A stretch of 64,000 nt of DNA from an uncultured Gammaproteobacteria bacterium (GTDB lineage Bacteria > Pseudomonadota > Gammaproteobacteria > Steroidobacterales > Woeseiaceae). The stretch spans positions 213 through 64,212 of the forward strand of contig CAWJBO010000005.1 of NCBI GenBank assembly GCA_963841145.1. Reading direction: 5' to 3'. The position numbers and the translations under genes are program-made. Below, one piece after another: positions 33,731-43,411 of this stretch. Within the stretch, counting starts at the first letter, position 1, and every line of letters begins with the position of its first letter. The notes beneath the pieces are model-generated. The model was not told where the DNA came from. It worked only from the letters and a program-made list of their open reading frames with translations, and did no database searches.

Positions 33731-34351
33731 TCAAGCGAACTGACTGACGTCGCCCTTTCCGACTCGTAATATCTCCACTGAGTCCTTGGAGAGATCGAGT
33801 ACTGTCGTCGGTTCGATGCCCGTCGGACCCGAGTCAATAATGGCCTCGATTTCGTGCCCGATCCGATCCTCTATATCCAGCGGGTCCGTTAGCGGCAGAT
33901 CGTCGCCGGGCAGCAAGAGCGTTGAACTCATTATCGGTTCGCCCAGCTCCTCGAGCATGGCATGCACCAGTACGTGGTCTGGCACACGCAGACCGATCGT
34001 TCGTCTTTTAGGGTTCTGTAGGCGCTTGGGTACTTCCCTGGTCGCGGGTAGCACGAATGTATAAGGGCCCGGCGTCATGGATTTGAGCAGTCGATACGCC
34101 CAGTTGTCGACCCGCGCGTACACGCTGATCTCCGTGAGATCGGCGCAGACCAGCGTGAAATTGTGCTTTTTGTCGGTTCTCCGAATTCGGTGAATTCGGT
34201 CAATCGCCTTCTTGTCGCCAATGTGACATCCGAAGGCGTAACTCGAATCTGTCGGGTACGCAATAAGACCGCCGTTGCGAATTATTTCGACTACGGCCTT
34301 CACGCGCCGCGGCTGCGGGTCTTGCGGATGGATTTCGATGAGTTTTGCCAC
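33731..34351 (-). CDS. L-threonylcarbamoyladenylate synthase family protein (YciO/YrdC/Sua5)
   Basis: 206-aa ORF (IAYPTDSSYAFGC...GPYTFVLPA...SSTLLLPGD). Confidence 0.88.
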   Translation of the reverse strand: MAKLIEIHPQDPQPRRVKAVVEIIRNGGLIAYPTDSSYAFGCHIGDKKAIDRIHRIRRTDKKHNFTLVCADLTEISVYARVDNWAYRLLKSMTPGPYTFVLPATREVPKRLQNPKRRTIGLRVPDHVLVHAMLEELGEPIMSSTLLLPGDDLPLTDPLDIEDRIGHEIEAIIDSGPTGIEPTTVLDLSKDSVEILRVGKGDVSQFA

Positions 34352-34463
34352 GCGCGGATTGTAGGGGAGCCGAGGCGGCGCGCCTAGCCATTTTTGCCAT
34401 AGAACCCGGGTATCAATCTAGGCTACCATTCGCCACCCCTTCAAGACGAGGTGCGGGCGCGCA

Positions 34464-35033
34464 ATGAATCTGCTGTTCGAGTTTCTCCCCCTGATACTGT
34501 TTTTCGGTGCCTTCTTTTATAAGGGTATCTACTTCGCGCTGGTCGTATTGATGATCGCCATGCCCATAGGCCTGTTGGTCAAATACGTGCGGACGCAGAC
34601 CTTTGACAAAATGTACTTTTGGTCAACGGTGTTCTTGCTGGTCGCAGGAGCGCTCACCCTGTACTTCAGAAACCCGTTGTTTCTCTACTGGAAGCCAACC
34701 GTCTTCTACTGGGTTGTTGCCATCGCTTTTGCCGGGAGTTTCTGGATTAGTGAAAAAACGCTCGTCCAACGGTTCTTTGGACTGGTCGAGGGCATGCCGA
34801 CGGAGAGGATTACGCAGTCACAATGGAACAGGCTGAACCTGGTTTGGGTGCTTTTCTTTGTAGGCGCCGGGATACTGAATATCTACGTTGCCTATAATTT
34901 CTCTCAGGAAACCTGGGTGAAATTCAAGGTGTTTGGGCTGATGGCATTGATGTTCGTCTTCTTGCTGGTCCAGACATTCTGGATCGCCAACTTGATCGGC
35001 GACGACAGCAACGCGGATGATCTGGAGCAGTAA
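34464..35033 (+). CDS. yciB: septation protein A / inner membrane protein YciB
   Basis: 189-aa polytopic membrane protein ([18 protein letters not shown]...). Lies in yciB-yciI synteny. Confidence 0.88.
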   Translation: MNLLFEFLPLILFFGAFFYKGIYFALVVLMIAMPIGLLVKYVRTQTFDKMYFWSTVFLLVAGALTLYFRNPLFLYWKPTVFYWVVAIAFAGSFWISEKTLVQRFFGLVEGMPTERITQSQWNRLNLVWVLFFVGAGILNIYVAYNFSQETWVKFKVFGLMALMFVFLLVQTFWIANLIGDDSNADDLEQ

Positions 35034-35035
35034 CG

Positions 35036-35335
35036 ATGTGGTACGTGGTAATGAGTGAAGATCACGAAGGTTCACTGGAAAAGCGCAAACGCGCTCGCCC
35101 CGCTCACCTGGCACGATTGCAGGCGATGCTTGACGATGGTCGCCTGCTGCTAGCGGGCCCTCTGCCCGCAATCGATTCACCTGACCCTGGACCGGCCGGT
35201 TTTACCGGCAGTCTGGTTATTGTCGACTTTCCTGCCCTCGATGAAGCGAAAACATGGGCTGACGAAGATCCCTATTGCACCGCAGGCGTTTACAAGAGAG
35301 TTACCGTGAAACCGTTTAACAGAGTCCTTCCATGA
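35036..35335 (+). CDS. YciI family protein
   Basis: 99-aa ORF ([23 protein letters not shown]...[11 protein letters not shown]). Confidence 0.85.
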   Translation: MWYVVMSEDHEGSLEKRKRARPAHLARLQAMLDDGRLLLAGPLPAIDSPDPGPAGFTGSLVIVDFPALDEAKTWADEDPYCTAGVYKRVTVKPFNRVLP

Positions 35336-35604
35336 CGGCCGAACGCGTCAAGCTAATTGAGGAAAAACTCACTGAAGTTCTCTCACCTGACATGCTGCAA
35401 GTCAAAGACCAAAGTCATCTACATGCAGGCCATGAAGGCGCAAAGTCGGGTGGCGGCCATTTCGACGTCAGGATAGTGTCCGCAGCGTTTCAGGGGCAAC
35501 GGCCGTTACAGCGCCATCGAATGGTCTTCGACGCCCTCGGCTCAATGATGGAGGCGGAGATTCATGCTCTGCGTATCACTGCAAAAACACCGGACGAACT
35601 TTAG
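35332..35604 (+). CDS. BolA family transcriptional regulator / iron-sulfur cluster-related protein
   Basis: 90-aa ORF with the BolA signature ([27 protein letters not shown]...IHALRI). Confidence 0.85.
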   Translation: MTAERVKLIEEKLTEVLSPDMLQVKDQSHLHAGHEGAKSGGGHFDVRIVSAAFQGQRPLQRHRMVFDALGSMMEAEIHALRITAKTPDEL

Positions 35605-35695
35605 GCCTGGCCAGCATCAAAATTTTCGGGACCTTTCTCGCGCCTATAACGTCATATCGTTTATCATGCGCCAACTTCGCAAAAAGGACATCACC

Positions 35696-36502
35696 ATGAC
35701 ATTGAACCATCGTTCCCGCCTGCAGGGACTTCGTCTAACGGGGGCACTGACCGCGTTCACGGCTCTGCTCGCCGGCAGCCCGCTTGCGGCACAAACCATC
35801 GATACGGTAAACGGAGCCGAGATTAGTGCCGACGTTTTTAACATGTACCTTGAATCCCGTATTCAAAAGCCGGTCGACCAGGCCACGCCGACCGAGCGAA
35901 CTCGTTTCTTAAGTGAACTGCAGGACATTTACCTCCTGACCACTCAATCGAGCGCCAAAGAGCTCGCTGAAACGCCACGCAACAGAGCGATGATCGAACT
36001 GCAGACTCGTGGCATCCTCGCCCAGGCTGTCGCGGCAGACTTCCTCGATAAGAACGCGGCAACTGACGCTGAAATAGAAGCGGCCTACAAGGAACAAATT
36101 TCCGTTGCGCCACCGCTGGAGTTCAAGGCAAGACACATTCTCGTGGAAACACAGAGCGAGGCCAACAGTATTGTTACCGAGCTCGAGGGCGGAGCAAACT
36201 TCGCCGAGTTGGCGAAAACAAAATCGACCGGACCATCGGGCCCTAACGGCGGCGATCTCGGGTGGTTCGCACCTAATCAGATGGTTGCCCCATTCTCGCA
36301 GGCTGTAGCGGGATTAGAGAACGGTGCATTTAGCAAGGCGCCCGTGCAAACCCAATTCGGCTGGCACGTTATTCTGCGAGAGGACTCTCGCGAAGCAATG
36401 CCGCCAACATTGGAAAGTGTTCGTGACATGATCAAGCAGCGTGTAGAACAAGGGAAACTCCAGGATTACCTGGAAGGTCTGCGCGCGAGTCTCGACAAGT
36501 GA
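35696..36502 (+). CDS. parvulin-type peptidyl-prolyl cis-trans isomerase, secreted
   Basis: The start is taken at ATG 35696, after AAGGA. Has a signal peptide (LTGALTAFTALLAGSPLAAQ) and a PpiC domain (FKARHILVETQSEANSIV...GGDLGWFAPNQMVAPF...QFGWHVILRE). Confidence 0.85.
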   Translation: MTLNHRSRLQGLRLTGALTAFTALLAGSPLAAQTIDTVNGAEISADVFNMYLESRIQKPVDQATPTERTRFLSELQDIYLLTTQSSAKELAETPRNRAMIELQTRGILAQAVAADFLDKNAATDAEIEAAYKEQISVAPPLEFKARHILVETQSEANSIVTELEGGANFAELAKTKSTGPSGPNGGDLGWFAPNQMVAPFSQAVAGLENGAFSKAPVQTQFGWHVILREDSREAMPPTLESVRDMIKQRVEQGKLQDYLEGLRASLDK

Positions 36503-36538
36503 TAGCTACTTAACTTAATACGACTGTTTTCTTACTCG

Positions 36539-36565
36539 AAGGGCGCCTAATGGCGCCCTTTTTTT
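36539..36565 (+). terminator. intrinsic terminator after the PPIase gene
   Basis: Hairpin gggcgcc-taat-ggcgccc followed by TTTTTTT. Confidence 0.8.
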
Positions 36566-36857
36566 ATTCTGAGACTTATTTGTGAAGCTCGTCACACCTC
36601 GATACGGGTAAGGCACCTAGTATTCTCTCCGAGTCATTCCTAATCGCTCGGGGATGGCTCCTCCAACCCTCGCATCTCCCTAACAGGCTGATACGAGATC
36701 TAAGTCGGCAGGGACGCCGACTTTTTTTATTCCCCTGAATCCGCAGACAAAAAAAAAGGCCACCGAGGTGACCTTCTTCTTTGTTCATGACGAGGACCAG
36801 CTGTTCTAAGCGTTCAGCTCCTGATGAGCGATATCAGGTCAATCCTCCAGAACAGAA

Positions 36858-38225
36858 CTAATCTATATCGCCGGATCGATCCGAAAGCATCACACCACGC
36901 TGAGCGGGCCGGATACCTTTGAAGCTCCAGATTGCGCCTGACGGTGCCCCTGAACTCCCGAGACTCGCGGTATAGTCGATCTTCAGGTCGCCAATTTGCG
37001 CGATTCCGGTTTCACTATCGACAGATGACAGCAGACCCGTTACGAAGACTTCGGTTGCTCCCGGAACGTAACTATCAGCCGAGACCGATACATCGTCCGC
37101 GTAAAGCCAGCCCTGAGAAACCACGGATCCTGCGACGGAGACGAAATCCCCTTCGCGCATGCCGGCGAGCATCCTGGGCGAAGCCATCACGATTTGCCCC
37201 ATGGATTCGAAAACGCCGTTGACCCTGTCGATGGAATCGACTGGTCCGGCAAGAATGTCGGTTCCGCCGTTGGCATCAATACCGGTCACGCCGTTGCCGT
37301 CGATTCCGGTTACGCCAGTGGCATCTATACCGATCACGCCATTGGCATCAATACCGGCTCCACCGTTGGCGTCTATTCCGGTTCCACCGTTGGCATCAAT
37401 ACCGGTTCCGCCGTTGGCGTCTATTCCGGTTCCACCGTTGGCATCAATACCGGTTCCGCCGTTGGCGTCTATTCCGGTTCCGCCGTTGGCGTCTATTCCG
37501 GTTCCACCATTGGCATCAATACCGGTTCCGCCGTTGGCGTCTATTCCGGTTCCGCCGTTGGCGTCTATTCCGGTTCCACCGTTGGCATCAATACCGGTTC
37601 CGCCGTTGGCATCTATTCCGGTTCCACCATTGGCATCAATACCGGTTCCGCCGTTGGCGTCTATTCCGGTTCCACCATTGGCATCAATACCGGTTCCGCC
37701 GTTGGCGTCTATTCCGGTTCCACCGTTGGCATCTATTCCGGTTCCGCCATTGGCATCAATACCGGTTCCGCCATTGGCATCAATACCGGTTCCGCCATTG
37801 GCATCAATACCGGTTCCACCGTTGGCGTCTATTCCGGTTCCACCATTGGCATCAATACCGGTTCCGCCGTTGGCGTCTATTCCGGTTCCGCCATTGGCAT
37901 CAATACCGGTTCCGCCATTGGCATCAATACCGGTTCCGCCGTTGGCGTCTATTCCGGTTGCACCGTTGGCATCAATACCGGTTCCGCCATTGGCATCAAT
38001 ACCGGTTCCGCCATTGGCATCTATTCCAGTTCCACCATTGGCATCAATACCGGTTCCACCGTTGGCGTCTATTCCGGTTCCACCGTTGGCATCAATACCG
38101 GTTCCGCCATTGGCGTCAATACCCTTCAAACCACTTGACTCAACACCAGCAAATGCAGGTGCGGTAGCCACAAGTAGCGTCGCTCCCAAAGCGGCAACCG
38201 CTTTGGCGCTTCTTGGAATACGCAT
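36858..38225 (-). CDS. secreted protein with 36 tandem GIDANGGT octapeptide repeats and a 133-aa non-repetitive C-terminal domain
   Basis: ATG 38225 is preceded by AAGGAG. Signal peptide MRIPRSAKAVAALGATLLVATAPAFA. Then 288 aa of 8-residue repeats, then DILAGPVDSIDRVNGVFESMGQIVMASP...GVMLSDRSGDID. The opposite-strand ORFs over the repeat are shadows. No family recognised. Confidence 0.8.
   Translation of the reverse strand: MRIPRSAKAVAALGATLLVATAPAFAGVESSGLKGIDANGGTGIDANGGTGIDANGGTGIDANGGTGIDANGGTGIDANGGTGIDANGATGIDANGGTGIDANGGTGIDANGGTGIDANGGTGIDANGGTGIDANGGTGIDANGGTGIDANGGTGIDANGGTGIDANGGTGIDANGGTGIDANGGTGIDANGGTGIDANGGTGIDANGGTGIDANGGTGIDANGGTGIDANGGTGIDANGGTGIDANGGTGIDANGGTGIDANGGTGIDANGGTGIDANGGTGIDANGGAGIDANGVIGIDATGVTGIDGNGVTGIDANGGTDILAGPVDSIDRVNGVFESMGQIVMASPRMLAGMREGDFVSVAGSVVSQGWLYADDVSVSADSYVPGATEVFVTGLLSSVDSETGIAQIGDLKIDYTASLGSSGAPSGAIWSFKGIRPAQRGVMLSDRSGDID
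37260..38123 (-). repeat. 24-bp tandem coding repeat, 36 units
   Basis: There are two interleaved unit types (coding sense aacggcggaaccggtattgatgcc and aacggtggaaccggaatagacgcc), and both encode NGGTGIDA. Units degenerate at the C-terminal end (GIDANGVI, GIDATGVT, GIDGNGVT). Confidence 0.95.
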
Positions 38226-38321
38226 TTTTCGCTCCTTAAATTTTTGCTCCAACCCTCTTTTCGCTCACGTGACTAACCGATCTCCAATTCGGTTTATCAC
38301 CGTAAGGCGCACATTCATTTC

Positions 38322-39194
38322 TCAGCCGTCAGATTCAACTCCTCTTTCGATCAAGAGTTGTCGCAGCGATCCTAGATCACCCTCATCCTCAACATAGTGA
38401 ACCATATAGAGACCTGTTTCCTTTCGCTCTTCTCCAGGCTTGTTCATGTCACGTCGTGAGGAAAACCAAACATCCATTTCCTCCAGAAACGCTTGACCAT
38501 GCGACTCTTATGTATTCATCAAATGCCCCGATTACCTCGTCCGTACATCCATCATCTGCATATACGAATCTATCAAAATGTCTTTCTGTATCATCCTGTC
38601 TGTCGATGTTCTTGGCCGCTGAGGAAAAAACTCGATAACCAACCTCTCCTAGCCTGACAATGGACGATGGTGATAGTTGTGAGTGCATGTATGCACGATT
38701 CACCGCTTTGTAACGCCCATCAGTTCTCGACTACCGATCCAGACTCCAATCAGTTGGTTTAGCATCTGGCTAGGCGCCATATCTCCGCTGTATCGTTTTA
38801 CTAATTCCATAAAACTCGGAACGTCCGTCACTCGGAATTATCGTATGGCAGCTCCAGCGGTATTCCGTACGGCCCTTGAAACATCGGGTCTGAATACCAA
38901 CCGGTGAGTACACGCGCCGGCCTCGAGTACGTTTTCTCCTTGTGATCCGAAGAAAGCGATCGATCTATTACGTTTTTTACTTCTTTTCTTGTTAGCCCCG
39001 TCAGTATCGCTACGCGCGACTTATTAATTCGACCTTCAGTTTCAAAATGTCGCAGCGCTGTTTCGACATATACTTCTTTGGCTGTCTCCGAAAACTCCGC
39101 GTGCGTAACGCCTTGTGCAATCAGACAGACGCACCAATGGCTTGAACATTAGCGAGAGGGCGCGCCTCAGGTGGTCTTTTACTTCTTGCCCCAT
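38322..39194 (-). pseudogene. HTH-like hypothetical protein, paralogue 2, with at least four frameshifts
   Basis: By my translation the pieces follow each other in shifting frames: MGQEVKDHLRRALSLMFKPLVRL | LIAQGVTHAEFSETAKEVYVETALRHFETEGRINKSRVAILTGLTRKEVKNVIDRS...GIPLELPYDNSE | VTDVPSFMELVKRYSGDMAPSQMLNQLIGV | DGRYKAVNRAYMHSQLSPSSIVRLGEVGYRVF...FDEYIR | SHGQAFLEEMDV...KETGLYMVHYVEDEGDLGSLRQLLIERGVESDG. It aligns along its length with the gene at 39645-40513. Confidence 0.6.
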
Positions 39195-39312
39195 TTCAGG
39201 CCACATCTCTTGCGTAATATGTAAAGTATATTGGAGTGCTAGCCTATGCAAGGCGGCACAAAACATCTAAATGGGGCATTTTTTCCCATATTTGGTGACT
39301 ATCCTGATTATG

Positions 39313-39618
39313 TCAATAACTTGACTTCGCTTTGTTGCAGGCCACAACAACGGCCTTATGTAAGATACTGTTTATGTTGCTGTTTTTCGACGGTCTCAAA
39401 TAGCGGTTTTGCGAAACGTTGAAACCCCCACCGTAGTCCCAATAATAGATTTTTTCAGGAATTGTAAGCAAATCCCTTTCGGCCGCTGCGTAGACCACGG
39501 AAAAATGCGCAGCGTGACTATCGACAGCAGCGTCGACCGAATAAATTTGGGTTTGTTAACCGACGAGAACGAGCTGCCTTTGTGTCCTTGCGTCTATGTC
39601 GAAATCAACGGAATCCAT
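39313..39618 (-). pseudogene. small hypothetical ORF interrupted by an in-frame TAA
   Basis: ATG 39618 gives MDSVDFDIDARTQRQLVLVG, then TAA at 39556-39558, then the same frame continues as QTQIYSVDAAVDSHAAHFSVVYAAAERDLLTIPEKIYYWDYGGGFNVSQNRYLRPSK...KSSY. No family recognised, and it may not be a gene at all. Confidence 0.3.
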
Positions 39619-39644
39619 TGCGCAATCTAAGACGGAATTCAGGT

Positions 39645-40513
39645 TCAGACAATGATAAGTTCTTCAAACAAATCTACCAAGTGTACTTGGCATTCGTATC
39701 TCGCTCTTCGAAGTAGATACAAACCGACAGACACTATATTCTCTTTGTCGTCACCGTTCTCAGCGTTTAGAGATTCATAGGCAATGAACAGATCATCAAA
39801 TGATTCCGCAGTATCAGACAACCTGTCGTAGCTAATACGACGAAGCCGTTGCAAGATCTGCATCGCGAATTCTCAGAGAGTACACAGTGAATTGAGGCAT
39901 AACATCTTGATCGCTTTCCGAATTAGTATTCGTCTCAACGGTCGACAAGATCGGATAAACGCCGTGAACTAGCGATGAAAGTAGATTGTCGACCTGGTCC
40001 GCTGGAATGACGCTTCGTCTCTTCATCGTCAGCCGACCTTTATCGTCCTCTCCAATTGAACCAACCCGTCTTGAGCTCTGTTCGCATTGCGCCTGGCGGG
40101 ACATCGCCACCAAACTTTCTGAACTAAGTCGGAGAACGAACCTTCTCCCTCCGAGAAATGCAGCGCCTTTGGACGGCCGCTGCTGTCAAGAAAGTCTGGT
40201 TCCGCATGCCATCGACTGAGTACCTCGGCCATAGGCGTTGACTTGACTGAAACGAAGTTCTGCCCTCGTTCCAGTTCGTCGCGGATTCGACGAACCTCTT
40301 TTCGAGTCAGACCGGTTATTACAGCGACTCGAGAGATATTTGTCGGACGACCGCGAATTCCAAACTCCGACGAAGCGATATCAACAAATGCGGTCTTGGC
40401 GACTTCGGCAAATTCTCGATAACCGATCCCGTATCTCAACAGAATCTTCGGACAACTGGTCGCAGGACTAGAAGAAAGGCATTCAGGACGCGTTTTTTTA
40501 GGTCATCATTCAT
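39645..40513 (-). pseudogene. HTH-like hypothetical protein, paralogue 1, with at least four frameshifts
   Basis: ATG 40513 gives MNDDLKKRVLNAFLLVLRPVVR | ILLRYGIGYREFAEVAKTAFVDIASSEFGIRGRPTNISRVAVITGLTRKEVRRIRDELERG...GSFSDLVQKV | GGDVPPGAMRTELK | RVGSIGEDDKGRLTMKRRSVIPADQVDNLLSSLVHGVYPIL... | ...RLSDTAESFDDLFIAYESL...LVDLFEELIIV. It resembles an uncharacterised proteobacterial family (possibly the one catalogued as DUF6502, which I cannot verify here). Confidence 0.6.
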
Positions 40514-40683
40514 CGAGAGGGAATATATTGTGCAAATGTAAAATTATCTATATCAACTACGCGTATGGGACTAATTGCCCAATAATCACGCCGCCAAACG
40601 CCGACCGGCTAGCAACAAATATGAACGAAGAGCAGCGAAATGCCGCTTGGAACAGAGCCTCCTTGGCAAAATACAGCTCTCTT

Positions 40684-42736
<2,053 letters not shown>

Positions 42737-43390
42737 TCAGGCCACGAGAATGCTGTGCTGGTATTTGATGATCTCTTCGCGAAGGTAACGCTCTCGTTGA
42801 ATACTCAGCGTACTGCCCGATTCGTCAAGCAGCTCTCCGTCCAGTGATTGCGACAAGGTACGCGCCGCTGCCATCATGAGGTCGAATGACTCAACGCTGT
42901 CGATTGGGCCCGGTAAGACGAGAAAAAGGCTGATGCCAGGAATTTGTTGATCCTTGATATTCGCAAGGTCAAAACTGCCAGGCTCTACCAGGCTGGCGGC
43001 GCTGAATATCGTCCGCGTTTCATCATTGCCATCGTAGCGATGAAATATTCCGAATTTGCCATGCCGCAGGCCGATACCACGGAGACTCAGAATCAGGTCA
43101 TCTCCTTTGAATGCAGTTTTTTCGCCCGCGACGAGTCGCAATGTCACGATCATCTGCGGCACTTTATCCAGGGATGCCTCTTCGACCAGATCGCTATCAG
43201 GTGCGTCAATACCTTCATCGACAGGCACATCGGTATCAGCAACATCATCTTTGAGCTGCAAGGTTGGCTCGACCCGCCTTACATCAACGGCGTTCTCGTC
43301 CGATTTTTCCTTGTCACGTCGGCTATAGAGGTAAACGCCGGCGATCACCAGTATTCCAAATAACAACAGTAACCAACGCAGTCCGTCCAT
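42737..43390 (-). CDS. zipA: cell division protein ZipA
   Basis: 217-aa ORF with an N-terminal TM anchor (LRWLLLLFGILVIAGVYLY), a charged linker, and a C-terminal FtsZ-binding domain (GIFHRYDGNDETRTIFSAASLVEPGSFD). Lies between smc and ligA. Confidence 0.88.
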   Translation of the reverse strand: MDGLRWLLLLFGILVIAGVYLYSRRDKEKSDENAVDVRRVEPTLQLKDDVADTDVPVDEGIDAPDSDLVEEASLDKVPQMIVTLRLVAGEKTAFKGDDLILSLRGIGLRHGKFGIFHRYDGNDETRTIFSAASLVEPGSFDLANIKDQQIPGISLFLVLPGPIDSVESFDLMMAAARTLSQSLDGELLDESGSTLSIQRERYLREEIIKYQHSILVA

Positions 43391-43411
43391 TTCTCAAACT
43401 CGCATTGCTGG

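Noticed and set aside
36576-36788. 70-aa minus-strand ORF in the PPIase/repeat-protein spacer
   Set aside because: It spans two terminator hairpins and an A9 run, has no SD, and its composition is dominated by the hairpin sequences.
37260-38123. Possible CRISPR array (regular short repeats)
   Set aside because: The 24-bp units are contiguous with no unique spacers and lie inside a protein-coding frame. No cas genes are present. The same reasoning applies to the 33-bp repeat at 47341-47538.
37159-38397. Plus-strand ORFs of 412 aa and 314 aa (PLASIPVPP... and GINTGSAVGVYSGS... repeats) across the 24-bp array
   Set aside because: They are shadow ORFs of the repeat. The minus-strand frame has a strong SD, a signal peptide and a non-repetitive C-terminal domain, and the differences between unit types are synonymous only in that frame.
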